DNA of 64,000 nt from an uncultured Planctomycetota bacterium (GCA_963845755.1 CAWJTV010000005.1:224001-288000); one strand, 5' to 3'. Shown: positions 1-11,213, numbered from the stretch's first letter. The notes: a model not told the origin generated them from the sequence alone. A program made the numbers and translations.

Positions 1-75
1 GTCAAGCCGGAAATCTTTCAGGCCGTCCTGGAGGAACCGCAGGTCGACGGTTGCTTCGCCTTCGATGTCGTCTGA
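1..75 (+). CDS. Possible 3' end of an upstream gene (partial; ...VKPEIFQAVLEEPQVDGCFAFDVV*)
   Basis: Frame 1 is open from the window edge to TGA at 73-75 with protein-like composition. No family recognised. Confidence 0.25.
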   Translation, partial: VKPEIFQAVLEEPQVDGCFAFDVV

Positions 76-245
76 CTCGTCGCGGAGCGTGATTCGGAAC
101 GCATAGTGCAGGGCATCGATCCCGGCCTGGCGCGGATAGGTGTCGGCAGGGCAAGGTGGCGCGAGGAGAGCGATGCCGAGGAGTATGGGCAGTCCTGGGA
201 CCAACGTGGCCCGCACCAGGAAAACCGATCGTGAGGAGTCTGGAC

Positions 246-1713
246 TCATGGACGCTGTGCCTCGATTCCATCGGGCTCAGACTTCGGCGGGAATGCCTGG
301 AGCATCCCTCCCTTGCCGACGAGCTTCTCGATCTCATCGAGCTCGCTGGGCAGGAAGTCGGTGAAGTTCTCATAGCCCTTGTCGGTTATCACAATCACGT
401 CTTCATATCGGAGGTAGATCTGCTCCTCAGGGACGCGGAGTTGGGGGTCGATCGAGAAGACATGGCCCGGTTTCAGGACACCGCGCGAGTAGCTACCATC
501 GTCGTGAACGGCCATGCCGACGGGGTGGGAAAAGACGCCGCCTCCCGTGTCGACCAGCCGGTGCGCCGCGCGCTCGTAGATCGGCTTCGAGAACCGCGTA
601 CGGCCGAAGACGTCGACCATGGCGGCTTTGGCCTCGTCGCGGATCGTTCGCGGCGTGACACCAGGGCGAATCCGCGTCATGACGGCGTTGCGGTAGTCCA
701 GCACGAACTGGAGAAGCTCTCGTTGCGGCGCACTGTACTTGCCGTTGACCGGCCAGACGCGCGCGATGTCGCTGGTATAATAGCGGTACTCGGGTGCGAA
801 ATCCATCAGGACGAGGTCGCCGTCTTTCAACTGCGCCGTGTTCCGGTAATAGTGCATGTTCCAGATGTTGTCCGTGCCCGAGGCGGTGATCGAGCGATAA
901 CCTTCGAGACGTGCCCCGCCCGCGAGGAAGACATAGCGCGCCGCAGGCGTCGAGCTGGTATTCGAAGACGCCCGGCCGGGTGCTCTTCATGGCCTCGATG
1001 AGGCCCCGACCGGCAAGCTGCGAGGCGCGACGGATCAGTGCGATTTCTCGGGGACTCTTCACCGCGCGGATTTCATCCAGGATCGGAGTGAGGTCGCGGA
1101 CCGCGTCCTTCGCGAATCGCGAGCGAAGCAATTGCACAAACTGAGTCTCGCGCGATGGCCGGCCGTCCCAGGGGTCCGCAGCGATCGCGGAATTGGCCGA
1201 ACGAAGCTCGCCCCGGCATTCGGCGTTGCGCTCGCCGGGCGCGAACGGAGTATAAAGTACGACGTTGGATGTCCCGAGCCACTTCTGCAATCCTTCCCCC
1301 GCCAGCTCCCGAGTGCTAGCGACCGACGCGACTCCGGTCAACTGTTTCACAAGGTCGGCGTCATTGGCAGAAAGGACCTTCCCCTCCGCACTCTCGAGGC
1401 GAGCGTTGCGCGGGGGCAAGAAGAGGCTGGCCTTACGTGTCCGGCTGTCGAGGATGAGATAAGCGTGCGGGGTCTCGATCCCGCAGAGGTGGTAGAACTC
1501 GTTCGTTTGCCGGGGGACCAGGAAGCCCGTCGTGCTCGATGCCCCCACAACGATCGCGACGCCCTGATCGCCGATCCGGTCGAAGACCGTGTTCCAGCGC
1601 GCCCGAAATTCCTCGGGCGGAAAATCCGTCTGATACGGCGTCGGCGCCTGAGCGAACAGGGTCGCCGGGAAGGCGACGATCAGGATGGCCGGCCAGAATG
1701 AACGCAGATTCAT
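246..1713 (-). CDS. Secreted Xaa-Pro aminopeptidase (M24B family); frameshift at ~946
   Basis: Signal-peptide-like N-terminus MNLRSFWPAILIVAFPATLFA; AMP_N-like RQTNEFYHLCG; RAVKSPREI; C-terminal frame (246..857) has MDFAPE..YTSDIAR, FSHPVG..HD and RYED. One extra C at ~946 joins the two ORFs. Confidence 0.85.
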
Positions 1714-1787
1714 CTCGGGCTCCTCAATGGGTCAATTCGCGAGATCGACACACCTGATCGAACAGCGATTCCGCGGTCCAGGCGCCC

Positions 1788-2450
1788 TCAGGGGACCCAG
1801 TAGAGACAGATTACCACGATAAGGGCCGCGCCGAGGAGGCTCACGATCACGCCAGGCTTGCGTCGGAGCTTCAAGTAGAAGAGAAGCGTCAGGCCGGTCA
1901 GCGAGATGACCGTCAAGACGACGGCGGAGATGTCGATGACCGCCGACCAGACGGGACCGGTATCGCGGCCCTTGTGCAGGTCGTTGATCACGGCGATGAA
2001 GCCGTGTTCGGTCTGGGTCAGATTGTAGTGGCCCGACTCGCGGTCGATGAACGCGTCGGCGGCGTAGCCGGCACCCTTGAAGCTGACCATGCACTCGCGT
2101 TCGTCGACGCGAAAGTCCGCGAGCGCTCCGCGGACCCCGTGAGTTTTCCGCAGATGCTCGACGATATCGAGCTTCGCGACCTGCCCGGCGGGGTCGGGCG
2201 GGTTGGCGGGGTCCGACGAGGGGGTGGCCGCTTTCAGCCATTTCTGGTCGATCTGACCCTCGGCCTGGACCTGGCGCTCGGAATCACCGAAGAACCAATC
2301 CGGGTGATTCAGCGTGATCCCCGTCACGCTGAAGAACAGCACGGCCGCCAGCCCGAACATCGAGACGTAGATGTGCAGCCAGAGGATGAGCTTGGCGAAC
2401 CGAATATTGAGCCTGCGCCGCCAGGAACGGCCGCGCACCGAGGGATGCAT
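1788..2450 (-). CDS. PepSY-associated TM helix (PepSY-like) membrane protein
   Basis: WLHIYVSM..FFSVTGITLNHPDWF and INDLHKGRDTG..W motifs with several TM helices. Start chosen at ATG 2450, 10 nt after the apbE stop. Confidence 0.85.
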   Translation of the reverse strand: MHPSVRGRSWRRRLNIRFAKLILWLHIYVSMFGLAAVLFFSVTGITLNHPDWFFGDSERQVQAEGQIDQKWLKAATPSSDPANPPDPAGQVAKLDIVEHLRKTHGVRGALADFRVDERECMVSFKGAGYAADAFIDRESGHYNLTQTEHGFIAVINDLHKGRDTGPVWSAVIDISAVVLTVISLTGLTLLFYLKLRRKPGVIVSLLGAALIVVICLYWVP

Positions 2451-2460
2451 CGCCGGCGGG

Positions 2461-4065
2461 CTACTTCTTCTGAGCCTTTCGACGATACTCGATCGAGGCG
2501 GATCGGATCTCGACATTGCCCTTGAGTTCCTCGGTGAACGGCTTGTCGGAAAGAGTCACTTGCTTGCGGATGTTCTGATAAGTTCCGTGCTCGCGCGCGG
2601 CCTCGATGGAGATGCTGTATTCTCCCGATGGGAGCTGCTTGCCGCGGTCGTCCGTGCCGTCCCAGATGATCTTGTACTTGCCCGCCTGGCGGGTTGGTCG
2701 CGCGACGGTGAAGAGGAGCTCCTTCTTGTCGTGGCGTTTCCGGTCGATATCCGCGGCATACCAGCGCTTCAGGTCGGGCAGCCACTGAAACGGCCCGGCG
2801 CCGCCCATCGAGACCCACAATGAAAGTGTCCGCACCGAATTGCCGTCCTTGTCCTCGACCCAGACCGCGACATAAGGGCGCCGGTAGCGGCCCGCCTGGG
2901 CATCGGGGTGGTTGATTTCGAGATTGACGACGACCTCGAACTCCTTGTTCCAGGGTGTCGAGGCTTTGCCCTTCGCCTCGGCCTTCGACTTGTCACTGGT
3001 GCCACTCCTGGATTCCGGGTCGGCAGGTTTGGGATCGTCCGCGAAGGCTAGCCATTCAGGTCGAGGAAACTCGTAGCGGCGCCAGCCGTCGCTCCGCGTC
3101 GTCCGCCCATCCTTCGTGATGATCAGGCATTCGACGCCCGGCAACGATCGGGCCATCCGGACGCTCTCCTCGGGATCGAGTACGTTGCAGACCTTGGCAA
3201 ACGCGTCGGCGTCAACCGACCGCTCGGCGATGACCGTCGCGGCGACGATTCGATCGACCGGCGAGCTCGACCGGGGGTCGAAGATGTGCGAATACCACCG
3301 GCCACCGATCTGAAACCCGCGCTGAGAATTGCCGCTGGTGGCGACCGAGCGATCCTTGACCGCGATGAACGCGAGCGGTTCGGACGATTCCGAATCGGCC
3401 CATGGGGCGGCGATCCCAATCGTGCCCTCGATCTCTCCGCGAACGCGGAGGTCGCCGCCGACATTGAGCATGACCCCGGTCACCCCCAATCCCGAATCCA
3501 GCGCGACTTCACAAGCCCGTTCGACGATGAACCCCTTGGCGATACCATTGAGACTCAGCGGACACGCCGACATCCTCTCCGCCGTACGGAGCGTGGAATC
3601 CAACCGCCACGCGGTCCGGCCCATCAGAGCCTTCGCGCCGGCGGACTCCTCGACGGTTGGCAATCGAGTCCGACGGGCACAGTCCGACCAGAGCCGCGAA
3701 AGGACCTCGACTCGTGGATCGAAAGCACCTCCGCTCCGCGTATGCCACGCGTCGGACGCCTGGAGGACCTCGAACAGCTCAGGGGAAACCTTCGCGGGTG
3801 TCCCGGTATGGGCTTGCCATCGGCTGAACTCGCTAGCCGCGTCGTAGCCGCTGAAGATCGCGCTCAGGCGATCGATCTCGGCGAGCACGCGATCCTCGGC
3901 CCGTCTGGCGGCGTTCTCGTTCACCGCCCGGACCCGTAGCTCCAACGACGTGCCCATCACGTTCTCTTGGTAGAACGCGTAATCCTCGGCGAGACCCAGT
4001 CGCGGACATAGGCCCCAGAGGAGCGCACTCACGAGGTAAACCGCGATCCTTGAGGAAGAGGTCAT
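2461..4065 (-). CDS. apbE: FAD:protein FMN transferase (ApbE) fused to a C-terminal DUF2271 domain
   Basis: ApbE motifs VMGT, SGGAFDP, LNGIAKG, NVGGD, VATSG, SHIFDP and ADAFA. C-terminal RRPYVAVWVED..W..WDG..EAAREHG is typical of DUF2271. N-terminal signal peptide. Confidence 0.9.
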   Translation of the reverse strand: MTSSSRIAVYLVSALLWGLCPRLGLAEDYAFYQENVMGTSLELRVRAVNENAARRAEDRVLAEIDRLSAIFSGYDAASEFSRWQAHTGTPAKVSPELFEVLQASDAWHTRSGGAFDPRVEVLSRLWSDCARRTRLPTVEESAGAKALMGRTAWRLDSTLRTAERMSACPLSLNGIAKGFIVERACEVALDSGLGVTGVMLNVGGDLRVRGEIEGTIGIAAPWADSESSEPLAFIAVKDRSVATSGNSQRGFQIGGRWYSHIFDPRSSSPVDRIVAATVIAERSVDADAFAKVCNVLDPEESVRMARSLPGVECLIITKDGRTTRSDGWRRYEFPRPEWLAFADDPKPADPESRSGTSDKSKAEAKGKASTPWNKEFEVVVNLEINHPDAQAGRYRRPYVAVWVEDKDGNSVRTLSLWVSMGGAGPFQWLPDLKRWYAADIDRKRHDKKELLFTVARPTRQAGKYKIIWDGTDDRGKQLPSGEYSISIEAAREHGTYQNIRKQVTLSDKPFTEELKGNVEIRSASIEYRRKAQKK

Positions 4066-4640
4066 GATGGATCTTGGATCTCCCGGATAGAGTCTGATCG
4101 GCGGTCCCAGCGATCGGATCGGAGCAGCCCGGCGCGGAGGGTGGGGTGGGAGAAGTCCGTCCGGCGGTCGCCGATCGCTCAGAGCGTATTATGCCGTAAC
4201 GGAGTGCAGGGCGGGAAGACACGGGCGAGACTTGAGTGTTCACGAAGTCGATGATGGGAGAAACTTGTTTCGGGTCGATCTCGGGGCGTTGCGACGGAGC
4301 CGGATGTTGATCGGGGGCCGCACGTTGAAGTTCGTTGGATTCTTGCAGGAAGTGCCTGGGCCGACCTCTTTTGGGAGAATGGGTCATACCCTTGGGATGA
4401 TCCAAACGGAAAAAGGAGGATGATGCGTCCAGAGCATAGGCGATTCTTGAAGGCCGGCTGAGAGAGGAGACCAACGGTGCCAATGGCCGAGCAGATCCAT
4501 AGTCCAGCCCCTCGAGACCTCCGGTTTCTGGCGACTATCCGGAAAACCAGAACCGCCGACACTCCTCGTAACATTATGCTGAGGAGGCCGATAACTGATC
4601 GGCGAGGGATCAAGAGCCTCTCGGCTGAAGGGCGGATAGC

Positions 4641-7197
4641 ATGGTGGTCAAACGACCGGGTGATGCCGTCCTGCGGCAAATCGGGACCATCTTCAATCTG
4701 GGGACGATCGGGGACTTAACCGACGGTCAGCTCCTCGAGCGATTCGCTACCGAACCGGATGAGGTGGCCGAGCTGGCGTTCTCGGCGCTCGTCGAACGTC
4801 ACGGTACCCTCGTCTGGCGCGTCTGCCTGGCGATCCTCCGCGACGAGCACGATGCTCAGGATGCCTTCCAGGCGACGTTTCTCGTGCTGGTCCGCAAGGC
4901 ACGGTCGCTCTGGGTGCGCGATTCGCTGGGACCCTGGCTCCATCAGGTCGCCTGCCGGACGGCGTCCTGTTGCCGAGCCAGTCTCATCCGTCGTCGCAGG
5001 CTCGAGCAGCGTTACGGGGAGTTGTCTTCAACACGCTCGGTCGACACCGGCACTCCACGAGATCCCGATCGCGATTCCGTGATTCATGAGGAACTGAACG
5101 GTCTCCCCGCCAAGTACCGCCTGCCGGTCGTGCTGTGCGACCTGGAGGGACATACGCACCAGGAGGCGGCGAGGTTCCTCGGCTGGCCGATCGGGACGGT
5201 CAAGAGCCGGCAGTCGCAGGGACGGACACGGCTCCGCGAGCGTTTGTCGCGCCGTGGGTTGGGACTCACGGTCATCGGGGGCGCCGTCGAATCTCTGAAC
5301 CAGACCGCCATCGCGGGGATGCCGATTGAGCTCGCGCGGATGACCGTCGATGCTGCGATGAAGCAGGCGGGCCGGCTGCTGACGGGATCAGTGGTTTCGA
5401 CGTCCGTCCTGACACTGACTCGAGGAGTCCTCAAGGCCATGTTCTGGGTCCGGTTCCGATTCCTCGCGGTGGTTTTTCTCGGAGTTGGGATCGCCTCCGG
5501 CGGGGCGATGATGTCCGTGCCCGGCTCTCAAGATCCGTCGAAGAACGACCGGCCGATCGCGAATCGGCCCTCGACCGTCATAGCCCAGGCCCCGACCGGG
5601 CCCTCCTCGAAAACGGTAGCATCCGACGACGTTCCGCTCCGGCTCACTCTGGAGGAGGCCGTGAAGGCCGCCGAGGCGATCGAGGATCCCTCGGCCAGAC
5701 GATCCGTCCTGGTCCGGATTGCCAACGCCCAGGCATACCTGAACGACGTCGCTGCGGCCCGGGCCACCGCCAGGCTGGCGCAGCAGAGCGCCGGACAGAT
5801 CGCGTCGGAGATGCAACGCCACTTCGGCCTCCGGCGCGTGGCCAAGCTCCAGGCGAAGTTGGGAGATCTCGAGCCGGCCCGGAAGACCTTCGATCAGCTC
5901 ATTCGTGACGCCGCGGCGAAGGGGCCCTGGGATCGGATCTCCCTACTCGGAGACGTCGCAATCGATCAGGACGGAGGCGGCCTGCGCGGACGCACTCGAG
6001 ACGTTGAAGCGGGCCACCGACGAGGCCAAGGAGATCGTCGCCAAGACCGCCAAGGGCGACATCTATTATCGCATCGTGTTCGCGGAGTGTCAGATCGGCG
6101 AATTCGACGGCGTGCTCCGGATCGTCGAGAGCCTTCAAGGGAAGCTGGCGAACGACCGGCAAAGATACCTCCAGTATCTCGCCCGGGATTGCGATAAGTC
6201 AGGCCCCGCCGAGGCTCGGAGAATCCTGGCGACGGCGCTGGAGCTCTCGAAGGCGATCCCACACGTCTATCCGCGCGGTCTCACGCAGAAGATGATCGCC
6301 CAGGCCATGGCGCGGAACGGCGACGTCCCCGGCGCTCTGGCGGCCTCGAAATTGATCGGCCAAATCGATGAGGCCCCGGAACCGAAAGGCATCTTCTCCA
6401 TCTTCGAAAGCCGCCAGGCAAGGGCAAATCGGATGGGTGAGCAGATGAACGCACAGATGACGCGTCACGAGGCTGCAGACGTACTCATTGCGGTCGCCTC
6501 AGCGCAGGCCAAGGCGGGCGACCGCGCCGCGGCCAAGAAGTCATTTCGCGAGGCAATGGAGAGGGTCCAGGAGGAGGAGGATGGGGTCATCAAGACCCAG
6601 CGATTACGAGGGTTCGTCGAGGCACTCACAGCCGTTGGTGAGCTCGACGCGTCCAAGGTGGCGATCGAGGCGATCGAGCGCGACGAGCACAACAAGGCCC
6701 TCGCCCTGGTGGCACTGGCCAACGCCCAGGCCAAGGCCGGAGATAAGACCGGAGCCAGGGCGAGCTTGCTTGCGGCCTTCGATGCATCCAAGGGGATCAA
6801 GCCGCTTCCGAACATGATCAACGACAACGTTGACCATCGGAAGAACGAAGCCTTCCGCGCGATCGCCAGGGTCCAGGTCGCGGTAGGCGACATCCCAGCG
6901 GCGCTGGCGACCGTTTCCGTTCATAACAACGCTGATCTCAAGGCAGAGATCCAGGCTGAGGTTGCGGGATTTCAGGCTCGTCACGGCGATATCGCTGAGG
7001 CGTTGAAGTTGGCGGAGAGCATCGCGAACTCCGGGTCGAAGTCCGAGGCCCTGTTGCGAATCGCCCATTTCCAGTCGAATCGCGGTCGGCGCGACGTCGC
7101 GCATGACTGGGCCGCCAAGCGCGGAGCGCCCCAGGAACGTGCGATGGCATTGCTCGGAGTGGTAGAGGGCGTGTTCGCCCATCGGAGGGGCGAGTAG
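4641..7197 (+). CDS. ECF RNA polymerase sigma factor with TM segment and long helical-repeat C-terminal extension; frameshift at ~5985
   Basis: Sigma2 DAQDAFQATFLVL and sigma4 LCDLEG.T..EAA..LGWPIGTVKSR, then a TM helix FLAVVFLGVGIASGG. Ala-rich TPR-like repeats (AQAKAGD) continue in ORF 5905..7197. Confidence 0.85.
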
Positions 7198-7374
7198 GAG
7201 TCGGGGACGACATCAGGCGATCGAAGTCTCGCCCAGGGCGACTCACCACTTGGGCGATCACCGATGACCGCACGACCGCGGGCATTGCCTACCGGCATGT
7301 GGGGAGATTATCCTGTCACGGACCTGGTTGCCGTGACCGCTTCCTCCTCACCCGCCCGGAAAGGATCGCATCTG

Positions 7375-8238
7375 ATGGAGGTCTTGGCGTGTCTCAATGG
7401 GGAGACGATGCCCGTCGAGCATGCCCGGGTCCCGGTCTGGGACCGCGGGTTCCTCTTCGGCGACTCGGTCTATGAGGTCTTCCGTATGTACCAGGGGCGA
7501 TGCTGGCTCGAGACCGAGCATTTCGCCCGGTTGCGCCGGAGCCTCAAGGAGCTCGATTTCCCGCCCTACGATCTTGACGCGCTGGCCAGCAGGATTTATC
7601 GCACGATCGCGGCGAGCGGCATCCTGGAGGGGACTGTCTATGTCCAGATCACGAGGGGCGTCGTGCCGAGGTCGCATGCCTTCCCGGATCCGCCGGTGAC
7701 TCCGACCGAGCTCATCGTTGTCCGTCCTTACGACGACGGTCCGACGGCCCGGCTTCGCGAGGCCGGCGTCAAGGTGATCAGCCATCCCGATCTGCGATGG
7801 AAGCGCTGCGATATCAAGTCGACCAACCTGCTGGCCAACTGCATGGCGACGGAGGCAGCCCGTTGCGCAGGAGGGTATGAAGCGATCCTGGTCGACTCCG
7901 CGGGATTTGTGACCGAGGCGACGCATACTTCGGTCCTCTGGGTCCGACAGGGCCGGCTCGAAGGGACTCCCGACGGGAACGAGATTCTACCCGGGATGAC
8001 GCGCCAGTTAATCCTTCGCCTGGTGAAGTTGTTGGCGATCCCCTTCGTCGGCACGCACGTCACCCTGCCGGAATTGAAGGCAGCCGACGAGGTCATCCTG
8101 GTCGGGACGACGACCGAGGTCGTCCCGATCGTCCAGATCGACGAGGAACGGATCGGCACCGGCTCTCCTGGCCCGGTGGCGCAGCGGCTGTGGGATGCCT
8201 ATCGTCAAGAGGTCGAGCGCCGGCTGGCTGCGCGGTAG
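7375..8238 (+). CDS. Class IV PLP aminotransferase (D-amino-acid aminotransferase-like)
   Basis: DRGFLFGDSVYEV, YVQITRG, DIKSTNLL (PLP Lys), ILPGMTR and ADEVILVGTT. Confidence 0.9.
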   Translation: MEVLACLNGETMPVEHARVPVWDRGFLFGDSVYEVFRMYQGRCWLETEHFARLRRSLKELDFPPYDLDALASRIYRTIAASGILEGTVYVQITRGVVPRSHAFPDPPVTPTELIVVRPYDDGPTARLREAGVKVISHPDLRWKRCDIKSTNLLANCMATEAARCAGGYEAILVDSAGFVTEATHTSVLWVRQGRLEGTPDGNEILPGMTRQLILRLVKLLAIPFVGTHVTLPELKAADEVILVGTTTEVVPIVQIDEERIGTGSPGPVAQRLWDAYRQEVERRLAAR

Positions 8239-8384
8239 GCAGTGGGCAGCAGATAGTGAAGTCAAGACCCAGATCGCGGCCGGGCGCAATCGGCAGTAAG
8301 TGGAGGGCTGTGGGAAGTACGCCGAGGAGAAGGGGTAGTGGCGTCCAGGGCGTACGCCTGACGCGTTGGTCATACGTCTGACCG

Positions 8385-8415
<31 letters not shown>

Positions 8416-8423
8416 GAGTGAGA

Positions 8424-9664
8424 ATGAGCACGACCGAGGAGATCGACGACCCCTACCTCCAGCATTTCCATCGCGACCCGCTCCCCGATGCGGGGATTCG
8501 CATCATCCTGCTCACCGAGTTGCCACTCGAGCGTGCCGAGGCGATTATCGCGCCGTTGGCCGGTCAGATCGAGGTGATGGGGCGGCCCGTGGAATCTCGA
8601 GTCGTTCCGATCGCCGGGTTGGACCTGGGCTGCGCACTCTCCCTTGGCCTGGAGGGGCGCACCTCCCGCTCGTGCTGGTGACTACCGCCGAGGAGCCGTG
8701 GAGCCAGGCCCATCTGGAGCCGCTTCTGAAGGCGATCGTTCACTGCGACCATGTCGTGGGGTGCCGTCCAGCCCTTCCCCGCGAGAGCTGGAAGCGATGG
8801 CTTGCGACGATACCTCGACGCCTCGTCTTCGCGGTACCCTTGCGAGATGTTTATTCACCGTGCCATCTCCATCGGTTGGAGAAGCTGGCGACGATCCCCG
8901 TGCAGTCGACCTCGTCGTTCCTGGACGTCGAGATCCTCGCCAAGGCGACGTTTTTCGGCCACCTTATCGACGAGGTGGAAATCCCGCCGCTGAAGGGCCT
9001 AGTCCGCTCGCGGGGTCGCTGGAGTGACTGTCGACAGATTCTTAGCGACCCGCGATTCGAGTCCACATCAGCTCCAGCGGAAGAACCTCAGCGCGAGGGA
9101 AAATGTGAGGATGGCCCAGGCGACGAGGATCACCAGCGCGGGGGCGACGTCGATCAGGCCGGCCCCCTCGAGCAGGACGCGCCTCAACGCACCGACCAGT
9201 TGGGTCAGCGGGAGGGCCTGGATGAACCACTGGGCGGAATCCCCGAAACGATCCGAGGAGAAGAACACTCCCGAGAACAGCCACTGCGGCAACATCACCA
9301 GGTTCATGAGCCCCTGGACGGCCTCGGTGGTGGTGGCTCGACAGGCGACCAGCAGGCCGATCCCGGCAAATGCCAGGGCACCGAGGACGTTGACCAGGAT
9401 GACCACGCCCAGGTTGCCCCGGATCGGCATATGGAACACCAGGGTCCCCATCAACAACAACACGGTCAGGTCGGGGATGAGGAACGTCAGGCGGGCGCCG
9501 AGGATCGCCAGGAGGAAGTCGCGCCGCGGCATCGGCGTGGCGATCAATCGCTTGAGCAGCTTGGCAATGCGGAAGTTCACGAGCAGGAAGCCGATGCCCC
9601 AGAGCCCACCGCCCATGGCATTGAGCCCGATCAGACCGGGGATGAAGAAGTCAATATAACGTGA
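8424..9664 (+). CDS. Degenerate GT2 glycosyltransferase-like protein; frameshift at ~8658; 3' end uncertain (runs antisense into the ABC permease)
   Basis: MSTTEEIDD..ALSLGLEG joins ..PLVLVTT..DHVVGCR..VPLRDV..FLDVEILAKA..IDEV, which resembles a GT2 C-terminal half. No obvious DxD motif. Confidence 0.55.
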
Positions 9665-10150
9665 TCCAGGCTCTGTGATGTAGGCATCCCTTGCGTCCCG
9701 CGGATCCGTGCGTCCGGCGGCCCGCTGCAAGATGTCGTCGATCGCCTGGTGCGCCGCGACCGCCTCGGGACGCGTCGGATCGTAGCGATAGACCCATGCC
9801 TCCGAATTCTGGGGCTCGATAACCAGCGGCGTCTTCCCGGTATTGAGCCGCTTCAGGGCTTCGTCTCGCTCGCCGAGGTGCACCATGACGGCCGGGATGT
9901 AAACCCGGGCCTGGCTGGCGGCCGTCTCGTGCTCGAGGGTCGTGTTGTGAGCCGCCAAAGCCGCCTGGATCGTGGGAGAGTCGGACCCACGGATCAGGTC
10001 CACGAGGATCGGCGCCGGTGGGCGGTTCTGGAAGGCCAGTCCCAGGACAATGGCGAGTAACGTCGGGAATCCGTAGACCCAGAAGATCCGGGCCGGCTTT
10101 CGGTAGAAGTCGCGTAGCCGCGTGAGGTAGAGCTGGAAGAGGGGATTCAT
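9068..10150 (-). CDS. ABC-2 type exporter permease
   Basis: FWVYGFP, SRYIDFFIPGLIG, LKRLIATP, FSGVFF and LPLT motifs with multiple TM helices. Confidence 0.92.
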   Translation of the reverse strand: MNPLFQLYLTRLRDFYRKPARIFWVYGFPTLLAIVLGLAFQNRPPAPILVDLIRGSDSPTIQAALAAHNTTLEHETAASQARVYIPAVMVHLGERDEALKRLNTGKTPLVIEPQNSEAWVYRYDPTRPEAVAAHQAIDDILQRAAGRTDPRDARDAYITEPGSRYIDFFIPGLIGLNAMGGGLWGIGFLLVNFRIAKLLKRLIATPMPRRDFLLAILGARLTFLIPDLTVLLLMGTLVFHMPIRGNLGVVILVNVLGALAFAGIGLLVACRATTTEAVQGLMNLVMLPQWLFSGVFFSSDRFGDSAQWFIQALPLTQLVGALRRVLLEGAGLIDVAPALVILVAWAILTFSLALRFFRWS

Positions 10151-10205
10151 CGATCTTTCAGTGTTCGGTGTTCGGTGTTCGGTATCCCGCGGCCGGGGGG
10201 TCGCT

Positions 10206-11213
10206 TCATCGACGCCAACGATTCCTTCGTCCCCGATCCGGGGCGGCTGCATCGTGGTTCTCGTCGTCGCGTAGATAGCGTCCTGTGAGCGATACGAAGA
10301 CATCCTCCAGGCTGACATGCCGGGTCGTTAGCCGAGCCAGTGGCTGTCCGAGTCGCTCCAGCTCGTCGAGTAGAGCCGGGATGGCGCGGTGAGGTTCGGC
10401 GACGGTCAGCGAATACCCGTCGCCATCGGCCCGCGCAGCGAGGACCGAGGCGATCCCGGCGAACGAATCCGCCGCGATCGGCGGATCGTTCGCCTCCAGG
10501 GCAAACTCGACAACATGATCGCCGCCCAACCGGGCGATCAGCTCGCTCGGCGATCCCATAGCGATGATCTTGCCCTGATCGATGATGGCGACACGGTCGC
10601 AGAGCCGCTCGGCCTCGTCCATGTAATGGGTCGTGAGCACCACGGTGCGCCCGCGCTCGCCGAGGTCGCGGATCACGTCCCAGAGCTGGCGACGGGATTG
10701 CGGGTCCAGTCCGGTCGTGGGCTCGTCGAGGAACAAAAGCTCGGGGTCGCCGACCAGGGATAGCGCGACCGCCAATCGCTGCTGCTGGCCCCCGGAGAGC
10801 TGCTCGACATACGAGTTCGTCTTACTTTCCAGCGCAACTCGGGCGATCACGTCCTCGGGATTCACACCATGCTTGTAGAAGCTCCGGAAGACCGTGACGA
10901 TCTCGTGAACCGTCTCCTTGTCGGGCAGTCGTGTCTCCTGGAGGGTCACCCCGATCCGTTCGCGGATCGCCCGCTCGTCGGTCTTCCACTGCAGTCCTAG
11001 GACCTCCACTTCGCCCGACGTTGGTTGATTCAACCCTTCCAGGATCTCCACAGTCGTCGTTTTTCCCGCCCCATTGGGGCCGAGCAATCCAAAACACTCT
11101 CCGTGTTGGATTTCCAGGTCGATCCCATTGACCGCATGCACGGGACCACTGCGCCCCCGATACTCCTTCCGGAGGTCCCTCACGCGAATCGCCCATTCCT
11201 GATCATTAGTCAT
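10206..11213 (-). CDS. ABC transporter ATP-binding protein
   Basis: Walker A GPNGAGKT, signature LSGGQ, Walker B LFLDEPT and H-loop TTH. Confidence 0.95.
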   Translation of the reverse strand: MTNDQEWAIRVRDLRKEYRGRSGPVHAVNGIDLEIQHGECFGLLGPNGAGKTTTVEILEGLNQPTSGEVEVLGLQWKTDERAIRERIGVTLQETRLPDKETVHEIVTVFRSFYKHGVNPEDVIARVALESKTNSYVEQLSGGQQQRLAVALSLVGDPELLFLDEPTTGLDPQSRRQLWDVIRDLGERGRTVVLTTHYMDEAERLCDRVAIIDQGKIIAMGSPSELIARLGGDHVVEFALEANDPPIAADSFAGIASVLAARADGDGYSLTVAEPHRAIPALLDELERLGQPLARLTTRHVSLEDVFVSLTGRYLRDDENHDAAAPDRGRRNRWRR

